In this document: in pieces, positions 14,760 to 34,213 of the stretch
How the letters are laid out: each line of letters starts with the position of its first letter
Position numbering within the stretch: position 1 is the stretch's first letter
Origin: Bugula neritina
Taxonomy: Eukaryota > Animalia > Bryozoa
Direction of reading: 5' to 3'
DNA length: 64,000 nt
Assembly: GCA_964035545.1 (NCBI GenBank)
Contig: OZ037773.1
Coordinates: forward strand, 10,011,751 to 10,075,750
Notes under the pieces: model-generated
The model's database searches: none
Told to the model about the DNA's origin: nothing
The model's input: the letters and a program-made list of their open reading frames with translations, nothing else
Program-made: the position numbers and the translations under genes

Positions 14760-15110
14760 GCCGGCTTGACATGACTAGTCTCACGCACCTGTGTTCGCGC
14801 AAGGGATTCTTTACGGAAACAGCTGACTATGAGTTATAGGTCAAGCTGACATACAAACGCGGCAACAACAAATTTTTGCACGTGCCCTTTATAAACGTCA
14901 TCAAACAACTAACGACATACCGTTTCATTTGAGACGTAAAACAGCATACGAAACCAGTTTCGGCAAACAAGATGGAACTCGACAAATGCTTAGTATTAAA
15001 TATACGATTTAAAACTAAATTATTGATTTTAAATTGATGTGAAATATTTATATCATCATTGCTACTATTTATTTTTGTTTTTCAATTTTTTTTGCTGCTA
15101 GCAAGGTGTG
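14760..15110. promoter_or_regulatory. Putative bidirectional promoter region between RFX7 and TEX9
   Basis: Locally CpG-richer stretch (14760-14970) between the putative first RFX7 exon (donor at 14659) and the TEX9 ATG at 16104, with very AT-rich flanks. TSSs not determined. Confidence 0.45.
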
Positions 15111-15166
15111 ATTTTTTTTATCAAAGTTTCTACTTGGCATTTAATTTTACTCATTTTAATTTTTTT

Positions 15167-15193
15167 TACTTCTACTTCTAGTACTAGTAGTAC

Positions 15194-15227
<34 letters not shown>

Positions 15228-15376
15228 TCTACTAGTACTATTACTAATACTACCACTACTAGTGGTAGTTCTAGTACTACTAGTGCTACTACTACTAGTA
15301 GTAGTAGCTCTGCCTGTAGTTCAGTACTTCTACTTCTAGTATTACTACTACTACTAGTACTAGTACTAGTAGTAGT
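15167..15376. repeat. (AGT/ACT)n compound microsatellite
   Basis: Direct reading; alternating strand orientation. Confidence 0.88.
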
Positions 15377-16103
15377 TTTACTTCCACAGTTCTACTTTTT
15401 CTTGTTCTAGTTTTTGATAGTCATACTAATGTGAATAGTTAAATTTAACTGTCTTCACTTAATTTCAATTTCATTAATTTATACTTGTTCCGAGAGTGAT
15501 AAATTTAAAATATTCATGGTAAAATTTGAAGTTAAACATTTTAATACCTATTAATTTTGTCATAGCAAATTAGGATTGTAATTAATATATGTTTGCTATT
15601 ATTATTATGCCGGAGTTGTAACCTGTAACTAGTTTAAAATTTTTTGTTGTTGTTTGTTAGCATTGTGATTGTTGCTAAAATATCAATGACTTTACTTATA
15701 ATTTGCTTTTTCTTCTAATTTTACTAAATTGGTGTAAATACTTACACTAAAAGTATTTTTAGTTTGGCATTCAAATTGTTGAAGTCATCATCATAAATGT
15801 CTTTCATCAGTTATGATACTTAAATTAATGCTATTGAATAGACTACTTATTGCAATGTCTACCATTAAATTTAAATTAATATTCTAACTCATCACATTTG
15901 TCAATTCACTACATTTTTAATTATACAGTCATTAATTTACTCGCTTTAATTGATTTAAGTTTAATAGATTGTCAGTGGTAATTGTCTTTCCGATTATGAA
16001 AGTAACATTGAGTAGTGTAATCGGTGTTCCTGATTCATTTATTTCTTCCTTACTTTACAATCACCAGTTTGGGTTGATTTGGCTCATAGCACTACTGTCA
16101 TTC

Positions 16104-21773
<5,670 letters not shown>

Positions 21774-23344
21774 GCAACAAGTAACATGGCGTGGTATAGT
21801 AGCCCTCCCTTCTATGGGGGACATTTGAGCACTTGGGCTATGCTCAATGAGACAGTAACATTCCTAGCATTTAATAATGCTGTGAGTTTTCTACTCAGTC
21901 TAATCTTATAGTCCGTCCGCCAGTGATAGTTAGTAGTTATTCACATTCTATGAAATAATTTGCTATTACTATTCACTCTGCAATACAGTTTTTCAATCAT
22001 TTTGGAGTTGTCTTCTTTTTGTTTACCTATTGATTATACCTTGTAGTTGTCCGCCCAACATTGTATGTGTTTAGGTTATATATGTATCTCCTCACTATTC
22101 CAGGGTCTGTACACTTTCTATGTTATTTGAAGAGTGTTTGTGTATGCGCCAGTCTGAGCTACTGTACTATCCCTATAAATGGCTATTCTAGTGTATAACC
22201 CCTGGTTAATCTCATAATACTAACAATGCAAATATTTGGGGGAACATTTTTATAATTCTAGTATAAATTACAGCATCACGAATTGTTCAGATTGTAGAAA
22301 ATAAGAAATGTTATGGTTTGGTGTTCATTTGTATATTTTCAGTCTTGCTAATTTTTAGTAGAAATAAGATCAACGTGAAAAACTAAAATAGATGAATATG
22401 TATAAATTTCTCCAATTGCAGATTTGTTGCTGTAAACTCATTGCCCACTGAGTTAGCTACTGCCAGCTGAATCTTTTACTTCACTAAGTTACTGTAATCA
22501 AATGACCGAACTAACATAATTCAAGTAGTCATCATGAAAGCACCGCTCACTAAATTATCACACATTAGTTGCTCGAGAGAATAGAAAACAAGTGACTGTA
22601 ACAGACTGAGTTGGTTTAAGTAATTACTCCATAAGCTGTCTATAAAACTTTCTTGTAAGTTTCATTATTTGGGGTGAAAATGCATTGTTCTTTTGTTGAA
22701 TGTCTAACTGATTCAAAGTGAATTTGAATCAACACAATTGGTTTTGCTTCTTTGTTTTTAACAATATCAAATTTCATTGCTCACTGTTTGAACATTTTCA
22801 ATGCTATTTGTTTGTTATGATTTAAATATTTTTTGTTCTAAATTATATAACTTGAAACCAAGGTAGGCAAGGAGTGGATCTAAAAAGTTTTTTCTTGTTG
22901 AAATGACGTATTGGTAAACACTTCTCTCTCAACATTTTATTGTAGAAATGGCTTCAATTGTTTTAATTAGTTGGCTTCAATAATATATGAGATACACTTT
23001 ATTTGAATATGATTTATAACATAAACATGATTTCTATATAAACCCCTTTAACTCCGCCCACATATGGCAGCCCAACATAGTTTATTTTGGTCTATTCAGT
23101 TAGCAAGCAATCTCTACCTAATGGCTACTGGGTTAGTACACTCCCAGTAGTTGTCGTGTTTCTCCTCTGCTCTCTTGAACTAAGAGGTAAGTTTATTCTA
23201 TTCAATGTGTGTTGCTCTACAGTTTTGTATTCCTTGCTTTCCTTCTGCCTGGACATTCAGAAATCTCAACATGTTATTTGGGAAGTGGTTAGTTTGATAT
23301 ACTGTCGCACTAACTAAAGCGCTTCCTTTGAGAACAGGAAGTCA

Positions 23345-24011
23345 ATGGCTCATTATACCCGAGCCTCCAGTGCCAAGTCGCACCTCAGTCGAGTTTCAAG
23401 TGCCAAGTCCCACGTTAGCCGAGTTCAGAGTGCCAAGACTCATCTCACGGATGGTGAGACTTTAGGGGATGCGTACGTAAATGAGGTCAGCGATGCCTTT
23501 CTTACAGAGGTTGAGACGGACAGCGACAGAGAAGATGATCAGCCAGTAGAAGGTTAGCAGAACTTTTAGAATGAGTTTTTGTAGACTGATGAGCTGAATA
23601 CTCACTGTGGGTCATAACAAGTTGGGACTCGGTCTAAATATTGTGCATTTTTAAAGGAAGAAGGATATAATATGTACATGCACCACAGTTTCCAGAATAT
23701 TTCAACTATTCAAGTGCATACATATAACTGGGACAAATTTTGGTAAAGAAACAGTTTGACATTCTGATCAACATTTGTTGGGTTGTACTCTAAAGTAGAC
23801 TTCTGTTTGAGATTTGGGATTTTCCATACAGTTTATTTGTTGGCTGTTCCAGAAACTGGGTCAGGAGATGCAAAAGGAAATGCAATCAGCAGTGATAGTG
23901 AAGAAGGAAGTGACAGCGAGAGTGAACCCGCAGAGCCGTCTAGAGACAGCAGCTCTGATTATGACACTGACTTGGAGACTGAACTAGGTCTGTCTGTTTG
24001 TCTCTGCTCTG

Positions 24012-24103
<92 letters not shown>

Positions 24104-27100
24104 CTCTTCCCCAGGTTTAGTGTTTGTATATAAAGTGACACTGTTAGTTGTGCTGCTGCTAGTAATACACACCTGGGGGTCGTCTTCTTTCTATGTGTAT
24201 ATGTGGAGTTGTTTTACCATGAGACATCATTGTAGATCTGTTGTAGAATCAGAAGCTAAACTAGAAGATCTCACTGGCGTGGAGCTGTACCTGAAGCTAT
24301 GTGAGAAACTATCCATAGTTCCGTTGTCATGCGTGAAATCTAACATCAACAAAACACACTTCCACATGCCTCATCGGGGTATTGGAGCCAGAGGTGTGCA
24401 AGCTCTCACACCCCCCATTTCGGTTAGTTACCCCCATTTCGGTTAGTTACTCGTGTATGGATATTTCGTGTTCACACTGATACTGTTTAAACTCTGAATT
24501 CAAGTGTGTTGGTAATGGAACTGTATAAAATTATGATGTCAAACTTGCAGCTCAAAGAAAATTTGTGATACAGAATAATTATTAGAATTATATGACACAT
24601 GCTGCAGGTAGTTGACATTGTTTAATTTAGGTTACAGTTAGTCAAATGTGCAAATTATGATGATTATAAATAAATATTGTTTTTAATTAACCAACAGTTG
24701 AAATTGCTAGTTATTTTATTTACTCTTTTTACATTTCTTCAAATTATTGCATCACAATCAACATCTAACCTGTTTTCTGATTGGTAGCAAAGTCCTAATG
24801 CCAGGTACCTGAATCTAATGAATAATATGATTGGTCCAGACGGCTGCAGTTATCTCTCTCAAATTGTTAATTCTAATGTCTACATCACAGAACTAGTGAG
24901 TATAAATTTTCCAGTCTTGTGCTTTAAGCCTGTTTAAATACTAGTACTATTACTTATAATACCAGTATCATTATTGCCAATACTGTACAATACTACTCCT
25001 GCTGCTTCTGCTGCTGCTAGTAGTACTACTACATATATTAGTATTAGAACTAATATTACTTATATTACTGATACTAGGAGTAGCATTTTATTTTATATTT
25101 GAAATTTGTGAAACTTCTGTTGAACATCTCTACTAAGAACTAAAATCGCAGATATTATCCTTTAGCTATATATTATTGAGCAGAAGTAGAAACTTGTTTA
25201 TATGCTTGAAGTGTATTTGTAGAACCTGTCCTACAACCAGCTGGGCTCCAGGGGGATGACTGAGCTGTGTTTACCCATCAGAGATAGCTCAACTCTAGTC
25301 AATGTGGATATATCAAGTAGGTTACTCTAGATATCAATTGAGTTAATCTAGATATCATACTGGGTTACTGTAGACATCAATTGAGTTACTATAGACATCA
25401 AGTAAGAACTCAAGGCATCAAATAGGTGACTCTAGAGGTTAAGTGAACTAACGAGGCACGAAAAATGACTCTACAAGTATAAGAAGTTGATTTAGATATC
25501 AAGTAAAGACTAGAGACATCAAGTACACACAATTCTAGTCATGCCAGACAGGGTAGATAACTTCAGTTTATGTTATATTACTCAATAGTGGCTGTCTTTG
25601 CAGATAATGATTTTGAAGATAAAGATGCACCTCTCATAGCTGACATCATTGAGGTAAGTGAATAGGTCTTGTAGTAAATACAGTAAGTATCTTAACTCAC
25701 TGTACAGTCAATATCTTAACTTACTATACAGTCATTGCCTTAAATCACTGTACAGTCATTGCCTTAACCTGTTTAATTGTACAGTTCAGCTTATATGTTA
25801 TTACTTGTTATTTTACTTGATATTTCTAATAATGACAAATTATCCAATTTTGTTTTGCATTACAGAACAACATTAGCCTGAGGAGTCTAAACCTCAGTAA
25901 GAATATGTTCTCGATTGAGGCTGGGAAGATCCTCGGCGTTGCAATAGCCAACAATGACACTCTGGAGAGTTTGGATATCAGCTGGAACGCCATCAGGCTG
26001 GCTGGGGCAGAGGCGTTTGCCAAGGGGGTTGCCGTGAGTGTTTAGTGTAACTAGTTGAGAATTGTCTACGCCCTCCCGGGCACTGTTACAATATCATTGT
26101 AGAACTTAAGACTTCCTGTTTCTGCTGACATAAGTACATAATTGAAAATGTCTGTGGAATATTCTAGAATTTGAATCAGCGAGTCTAAAAATGCAGAATC
26201 TTAAAAAATTAGCTTGAGGGTCCCACAAGCCATTAATTCTAACGTAACTAAGTCTCTGGTACCTTTCAACTTCACTTAGCTTGAGGATTTCACACGTTAA
26301 TTATTCTAAAGTAACTAAACTTTCTCAACTTCACAGGGCAACCTTGGCCTGAAGACTTTGAACCTGTCTATGAATGGTTTCTCCACTGAGGGTACGAGAG
26401 CCATAGGCATTGCCCTCTCCCTCAACAAGTATCTTGAGAACCTGGACCTCAGCTATAACCGAGTATCCAATGCTGCCGCTGTCGACTTTGCTCGATATTT
26501 CAAGATTAACTGCACTCTTAGAACTGTGAAGGTAGGAAAGCTGGTTCTCTATGTATAACTGGTTGTATAGAGAATGCTTGCTGTGTAACAGAGGAAGACA
26601 ATTATCTTATTTCATCAATTCTTCGAGACTATAGGAAATATTTTTCCAATAAACTTTCTTATATTAAATTCTAAATTATTTTAGTAGGTGACTTGTTTTA
26701 TTTTCAAATACTCCACTGTTTAATGTTAGCAGTTGTGCTAGTGAACTGTAGTTTATACTCAGTTGCAAGTTTTGGTGTCATAAAACTCTTTAAACTTTAC
26801 TTTTAAACTTTCCTAGTTATATTCTCTTTCTCAGCTATGTATAGTGTTATCCTGTTACAGCTTTACACTCAATAATATCATCATAACGACTTTGTTTGTG
26901 AAAAAAGAACCCTTTGTTAGTTGAAACTGTTAGAAAGGTGCTCCAAGCGGTCAGTGCTATTATGTGTTGATTATTCCATATTTTTTGGTTTCTCTTGCAA
27001 TGCAGCTACTAGTTCGTAGCAATATGTTGTCTCTGAGCGGGAAAACCAACTTACACTATTGGTAAGCTTTAGGAAACTAATGGCAGTCAGACTTTCTATT

Positions 27101-29491
27101 CCCCCTGAAATAGTATAACAGTCTTTACTTTAAGGTTTAATAATTTTACTTTCCTTCTATTTGAAGCTGTTTGGGAATCCTATCATGTACGACGGGGCCC
27201 AGGAAATCCTCAAAACTATTGCGGAGAATGAGAGATCCGTGGTCCATTCTCTAGACCTCACTGTACGTATTTCTAGACTTCACTGTATCTATCTTTAGAT
27301 CTCACTGTATGTATCTATAGATCTCACTGTATCTCTACTTCCTTCATTTCCTGTTTGCAGGGTCTGATGGTACACCAGGAGTTTGTAGATTTGGTGAAAT
27401 CTCTGAACGCCGAGAGACCATTTTACGCTGAATACGGAGTTGTCTCCCAGGGCAAGAATATTGAGGGCACTGTAGACAGGTACCCGTACATTAGTACACA
27501 GTTTTGTTGAGATCTCAGTCTACTCTATATTCTGATTAAGTATGTCTTCTCGAAGCATATTATCCGGGTTGTAGTCAATGGAAGAGATTTGACTTGTGAA
27601 ATGATATGATTTGTTACTGAAGAGTTATTTTTAGCTAAACTTGTAGAACCCTGGCTAATTATGTAATTGTTTCAAAGAAGGCTTCTTCTTGGATGACCTG
27701 CTGACTCTGTAGATTTGCTGACAAGAATCCTCTGGAGATTCTGCTGATATTTATGGGGGAGCAGAACCTGCGTCTCGTAGACTTGTTCCGTACCTTTGAT
27801 AAGGATCAGAGTGGAGGACTGACCAGAGACGAGTTTATAGTTGGCCTTCAGGTATAGAGTGGAGGTGTATAGATCTGCTGGTAAATACTTGGGGGGCTAA
27901 TAGAGCGTCCCCTACTGAATACTACTGTATGTCTCAGTTTAATGGTTACTCTGTTGTAGGAAATCAACACTCCATTGTCTCGGTCTCAACTGGACGAGTT
28001 ACTCGACATGCTGGATAAAGACGGCGATGGCGAGATTGACTTGAAGTGAGTAACTCAAGTTCTTGTTCAAGTAACCCAACAGTAGAATAAAGTGTATACT
28101 TGAGTTATTATTCTATATTATATGTCTGACAATCTCTATCCTAAGACATCGTCTGTAAGCAGTAATCTGTAGATCATTAACATCTACTTGGCCTTGCAAC
28201 TAAATGTCAAAAGTATATCCTATTATCGGTTTGAAAACACTTTGTCCTAATCAGTAGAGAGTGGCAGCAAAATCGCATAAATTCAGATTGATTTGATACC
28301 AAATAAATTAGGGCTTGTGAATTGTGTGTATGTATTCATTGTGTAAATTGTATTTGTGCTTTGTTTGCTGCAATAATTGCTAAATTACCTTTACTATGAG
28401 TAATGGAGTGAGATATTTGGTTGTGAGGGTGAAGACTGGAGAGGGTGGCAGACGTTTATCATGTTACATAGAGATACCTTCATTTTAAGCAAATCACTAA
28501 AACTACACCAATATTTAAAATACTGGAGTATTATATTCAATTTCTTATTTTGAATTCTGCTTTGATTTTTAATGTGTTTAGATTTGAATGATTATTCGTA
28601 GTTCTATGTTCAAGCAGTTGTGGTGGTTAAGACATCAATGCAGCGTTGATGCTTCATACAGAAGTTTACAGTTAGAGCTCATTGTCTTCTGCAGGGAGAT
28701 TCTCAACATCAACAGAGAGTACAGAGACATCAAGATGAAGGCCAGCAGGTTTGTACAAGAGGAGAAACTGCAGAAGAAACTGGAGAAAGAAGGAAAGAAA
28801 GAGACGGAACTTGAAGCCTTCACTAAAGAAGCTTTGGCTATTAAGCAAAGATCTCAGACTACAGTAGGAGAGACGACTACCGAGGCTTTTGGTGAGTGCG
28901 AGATAAGAGTCTAGTATAGCTGTGAGTAAATGATTCGGCATTTTGTGGTAAATGAGATTAAGTTGCTACAAGGTTTACTAGAAACTATTTACCTAGTAGT
29001 GCCCTGCTTACCGAGTACCGAATGTGATTCACTACTTGGTAACCTACTCTCTTGTTTACGATGTTTCAAGTCTATAAAAAATTATGAGAAAGAGGCTGTA
29101 GAGCCGTCATTCCTTACTTTAACATTCTTTGATTGCCATGAAGTCACTTGATTAAACTATGAAACTGATTGGCTCTAAGAGTCTGTTTTTACTGTTAGAC
29201 ATTATTTACTGCAAACTCATATATTTATTTTCATACTGCATGGTCAATAATTTAATAGGTGCAGGAGCGTCCAATCAGATCTCTTCTATTAGTGCCCCGC
29301 CCACTGCTATGGCAGACGGTATGAAGACTCTGGACGATACAGATGGAGGTGAGACGTCTGCAGAAGTACCGGCTGAGCAGACGTCTCAGTTTACTGTTAC
29401 TAAAGAAGAAGCAGAAGAACTCAACGCTCAAGTAAAGACTATCAAAACTAAGGGGGCACTTTCTATGTGGAAGAGCAAAGCTCTTGTGTGA
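23345..29491 (+). CDS. LRRC74: LRRC74-like protein: ribonuclease-inhibitor-type LRRs followed by an EF-hand pair
   Basis: About 14 coding exons. Acidic N-terminus (DYDTDLE), then LYLKLCEKLSIVP, LRRs (LNLSYNQLGSRG; LRSLNLSKNMF; LESLDISWNAIRLAGAEAFAKG; LKTLNLSMNGFSTEG; LENLDLSYNRVS), NPLEILLIFMGEQNLRLVDLFRTFDKDQSGGLTRDEF and LDMLDKDGDGEIDLKE. Probable non-coding exon ending at 23186. A versus B paralog not resolvable. Confidence 0.75.
24018..24100. repeat. (CT)n microsatellite
   Basis: Direct reading. Confidence 0.97.
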
Positions 29492-29947
29492 TGGAGGAAA
29501 GGAAGTCATCTTAACTTTCTATTGCTTAGCAACATCATAAACATTTCACATTTCTGGAATAAATAATGAGAGGTTTCATTAAAAGAAATTTACAAACGTT
29601 ATTCTTTCCTTGTATGAATTTCAAAATTTGATAGGTATTTTTATAGAAATGTTATTTAACAAGAAAAAGCAGTCCACTCGCTTTTTATGCAGAGATTGGC
29701 ATTTTGCTCAGTTCCTCTTCTTGTCCACAACAATTTTGTCACAAGTTATGCCATTATTTATTGCTTCATGCTTCTTATGCTTTGCAGTCTGTTTGATATA
29801 ATCTTTCAAGCCTCACATGCACCAATTATATTTATAATTATAATAAATAATCTTTTAAACTGCCATTGGAATAACAAGTGAAGTTGGAGTTGCAAGGTGG
29901 GGATAATTTAACATCAATTTGTTGGTTCAAGAAAGTAAGGCATTGCC

Positions 29948-30151
29948 CAGGATGTGATGTAAGAAAGGCAGTATACAGGATGTGATGTAGTGAAGGCAGT
30001 ATACAGGATGTGATGTAGTGAAGGAAGTATACAGGATGTGATGTAGTGAAAGCAGTATATACAGGATGTGATGTAGTGAAGGCAGTATACAGGATGTAAT
30101 GTAGTGAAGGCAGTATATACAGGATGTGATGTAGTGAAGGCAGTATATACA
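29948..30151. repeat. 28-30-bp minisatellite (caggatgtgatgtagtgaaggcagtata) x7
   Basis: Direct reading. Confidence 0.92.
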
Positions 30152-31000
30152 TTTAGCAAAACTTGATAAGTGAGAATTTTTTAAATTTATGAAAAAATAA
30201 ATAAAAATTAAAAACACTGCCAACTTAGCGTCAACTATATATGCCTTGGCAGGTTTATGTTAACAACTCACTCAAAGAGTTATTATTCAGTCAGTTTGCA
30301 TTTATTCATAGGTTTAGCTCTTAGAAATGATGAAAGCCATGACTTTTGGAATTAAATTTTGTAGCAATCCTAAATATGTGTGTAATAATTTGAAGGGATT
30401 GCACTAATTATATGTCCGACTGAGTAAATTATTATATTAAATCATATCTGTTTTACGGGTAGGTAGTAGTTTCTGCACCAAGTAGAAGGCATTCTGTTTT
30501 AGTCAGCACACTGCAAGAACTCAACGTCACTCTCTGCAATTTACAACAAAATTTTATACTTAGACTTTGAGATTCATGTTTTATTGACACTAGTTTGAGA
30601 AATAAAGTTTTCACATAATCGTATTAAACATTTAAACAACGTACAAGAGTAAACCACACGCATATAGTAAAGTATATAATTATAGTAAGCCACACGTATA
30701 GTAAACCATATTACAAGCAACACATACTAATTTATTCAAGTAAATTTTAGATTTATTTCTGAAATATAACATGGCATATGGTTATGCTGCTTTTAAACAC
30801 ATGTATTTTTGTACATGCTATAATACAACATGCCAAACCTATTAACACTTTAGAGTCTCTGTTAAATATAATGTTTCATGGGTAGTTTTTAGTACTATTA
30901 TTACAGACAATATTTCTATAACAAACAAACCATTATAACAGACTATAGACTGTGAGTATATGTAAAGTGGTTAATGTTACTATAAAACAGAGACCACAGA

Positions 31001-33109
31001 CTACTTAAGGAAGCACGAGGAGTTGCCTTTCCAGAAAATGAAGAAACCACAACCAGTGGACATGCATAGAGCCTGGCAATGTATCTCAGTATAGGCTGTA
31101 AGAGGGTCAGCAAAGATTAGCATCTCAAGAGCAGCGTCAGCAGCTTTTCCTTTCAGCTGTTGGCCAGTAGAAGAACCATCTGAGTTCTCTGTCAGCTGAA
31201 AAAGTTTAGAGGTTCCTAGAGCTCCTAAAATATATCCATAGATATATTTTCACCTGTAGCTTAATGGCAGGCTACAACATGACAGCCAAACTAGCTTTTT
31301 GATTGATTGACTGAATAAAAAATGCAAAAATATTAAAATTGTGTGGGAATAATTTACCAAATAACAGAGTTTCTCCTGTCATATAGCCAGATGCTGCTAC
31401 AGATGACTTGCTAGTTGTGAATGAGGAATTGAGTTTTTCATCATCAAATATTGAATAAGATTTTGCCATTGGAGTTGCACCTTCACCAGGCAGTGGCAAT
31501 GCTTCAGCGAAACTGCTTGATTGGTTTTTAATTTCGAACGGACTTTCAGTTGAAGCAGTCATCTTTTCACCAAGTTGGACAGATTTCTTTGTGGAAGTGG
31601 CCAAAGGGTGTGTAAGAGATGAAGATGGTTTCGCTGAGTTGGAGCTTGAAACAGGAGGTGTAGAGATAGCTTTAGTCAAACTGGTGGTACTCTCAGATGT
31701 TCTTGTCTTTGCCATCTTGTCAAGAGGCGATGGAGATGTTCCTTCTTCTGGTAACTTTTCAAGAAAAGGTGCAGACGTTGCAAAGGTCCCTATTGTTGAT
31801 GAACTGCTACCAGGTGGTGGGAGTGTTGTTGCCAAAGCAGTCATCTGATTTTCAGACAAAGACAAACCGGTTAATGCTCTACCTACTGTGGTTTTGGAAG
31901 GTGACATTGGTGATTGTAAGATTGTTGAAGCGACGGTGGCGATGGGGCCATTATTCTGATAAGAATATTCTAGATTGCAGACAGCCTCTTTTTTATGAAC
32001 GCATAAGTTCAGGTTCTCATCAAATCTGTGCGAAGGTGGATAGCAGACTCGCTGGATTGCAACACCTTTAGAGCAAGTGTAGTATGACTGGCAAGAGAAT
32101 TCATCTGGGTAATCTCCATCTTGTCTTCCATTGCAGTGAAAGTCAGAGCCATCTACTAACATATTTTTTATTCAATTTATATTCAAAAGGAAATTCATTA
32201 ATGAGCAACATTTACACCTTATACAGTCAATGTTGCTTTAATAAAAATATTATTCTCAAGATAGATTTGATAACCAGACATACATAAGGGATTTTAGCTT
32301 CTATGACTCACCAGTAACTGTTTCCGATAAGACAGGAAGCAAAGTTTGAGGAGTGTCTGGGTACGAGTAGTCGAGAGTACACTTGGCATCTTGCTTGTGA
32401 ACACAAATTAGTTGCTCTTCATCAAATAATCGAGAAGGAGGAAAGCAATCATCATGGGTTGTGATGTCACCATCTCTGCAGGTGTAATATGCAGCACAGG
32501 AGAACTCGTCAGGATAATCTCCATCTGGTCTTCCTGCACAGCTGAATTCTGCAGTGGCTGCAAAATGGTGAGACAACATGGATATTGGTGAGCATGGGTA
32601 AGTCAAACAGCCGGCAATGAGAACTAAGTTTGCATGTTGAGGTGTTATTGTGCATGCATGCATGCATGTTTACCACTTAGAATTACTATAATAATAAAAA
32701 GTATAGTATAAATATTATTTATGTCAGCAGTTATAGTGCTTATTTGATCGAAAGTACTTCAAACAAATTTTACATTAGCAAAAAATAGTAGGTAACTATA
32801 TATCAAATAAATTTCATTACTTAGAATTTAAATCCTCATCTTTTAGAATAAATTTCTCACCATGATAATTTTTTTGCTTTTTGTAAAACATTTATGCAAA
32901 GTAATAAAAGATACCAAAGCATTATTTCTTAAAATTGAGATAAAAACCCATACTAAGAACATAGGATTGTACTAAATGATATTGTCAATTAAATTAGTAA
33001 AATCTTACTTAGCATTTATAATTCAGAAGAATAAGATCTTACCTTTAACTGTAACGGCCAAAGTCATTGACAATGCTACGAAATGTAGTAACATATGCAT
33101 GTTGATCAT
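31001..33109 (-). CDS. Secreted protein: signal peptide, 2 chitin-binding type-2 (peritrophin-A/CBM14) domains, S/T/P mucin stalk, C-terminal PAN/apple-like domain
   Basis: Exons 33109-33043 (MINMHMLLHFVALSMTLAVTVK), about 32558-32311 (CAGRPDGDYPDEFSCAAYYTCRDG..C..LFDEEQLIC...C), about 32152-31358 (CNGRQDGDYPDEFSCQSYYTCSKG..C..FDENLNLC...C plus stalk) and 31224-31001 (..EIHCQALCMSTGCGFFIFWKGNSSCFLK*). All introns phase 1. Confidence 0.85.
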
Positions 33110-34213
33110 TCTTAGAGCAACATCTGGTTGACTCTAACGTACCCAAGCAACTGCTCATATATATTTTTACCGTCTTGCTTTGAACAGATGAAAACTTTCA
33201 ACTTTATTATTATGTTACATCAAAGTTTGCTAATAGCAAAAACAACTTTTAAGTCAAACTTTAATCATGATGATGCACACGACAAGCCGGTTGATATGAA
33301 CATTATCCAAATTAACTTTTACAAGCAGTTTACATGATAGAAAAACAGCTCTTTTATATTAAGGTGGTTCAACGTAAAAATGTATGCATTGCCTATGCAA
33401 GTATTAATTTACTGCTTCAACTTAAAACTGTTACTAAAACTGTGCTCTCATGCGCTCATTCATATAGGCCTATAGGTGTAAAAGTTATGTAACACTTGCT
33501 CCTGTATTGTATTGTACATGGAACGTTTTAGCTTTGGCCAAGCTAAATTTGCAAGCTTGTGAAAATGCTTCAATTCATGCACTTTTGTAATAGCTTCCAA
33601 TTAGTTATTCTTTATACCTGAACTTTTGTTGGCTTGAATGTCAAAGTATTAGTTGTTTTATAGTCAAAATTTAGCTTTTTTTTATAGCTAGACAAAATTC
33701 AAGCGGGTTGAGCTAGCTATTTTTTAAAGTTTTCATTTAAGTTAACTTCCTTAAATTTAAACATAGAATTTTAAGTACATTTGATACCTTAAGGCTATAA
33801 GTTCTTCAAAGATTTTGGGCTGTTCAAATAATTTGATATATATTTGCAACATTCAGACATATTTATTGTAATAGGCAATATCAATCATATAATTATTAAT
33901 AATTGAAGCAGCAATTCCTCCAGCACAATGTTAGAATAATTGACAACAAAAACTACTACATCATGATAAATGGATGTCAACCAAAAAATTAACTAGACAT
34001 GTTAAATACAATTGTGAGCAGACATGATTTCTCATTATCAATACAAAACTATATTTAATTTATAATGTTTCTTGGTTAACACGTTCACATTGTACTATAA
34101 AGATAATCATTGGTTTTCTGGTAAATATGTTCAACAATAAACTCTTCCGAGAATCAAACTGCACATAAAAAGCATAAAACTACAAAGACAGTTCAAATTA
34201 TTAAGAAAAGTTG

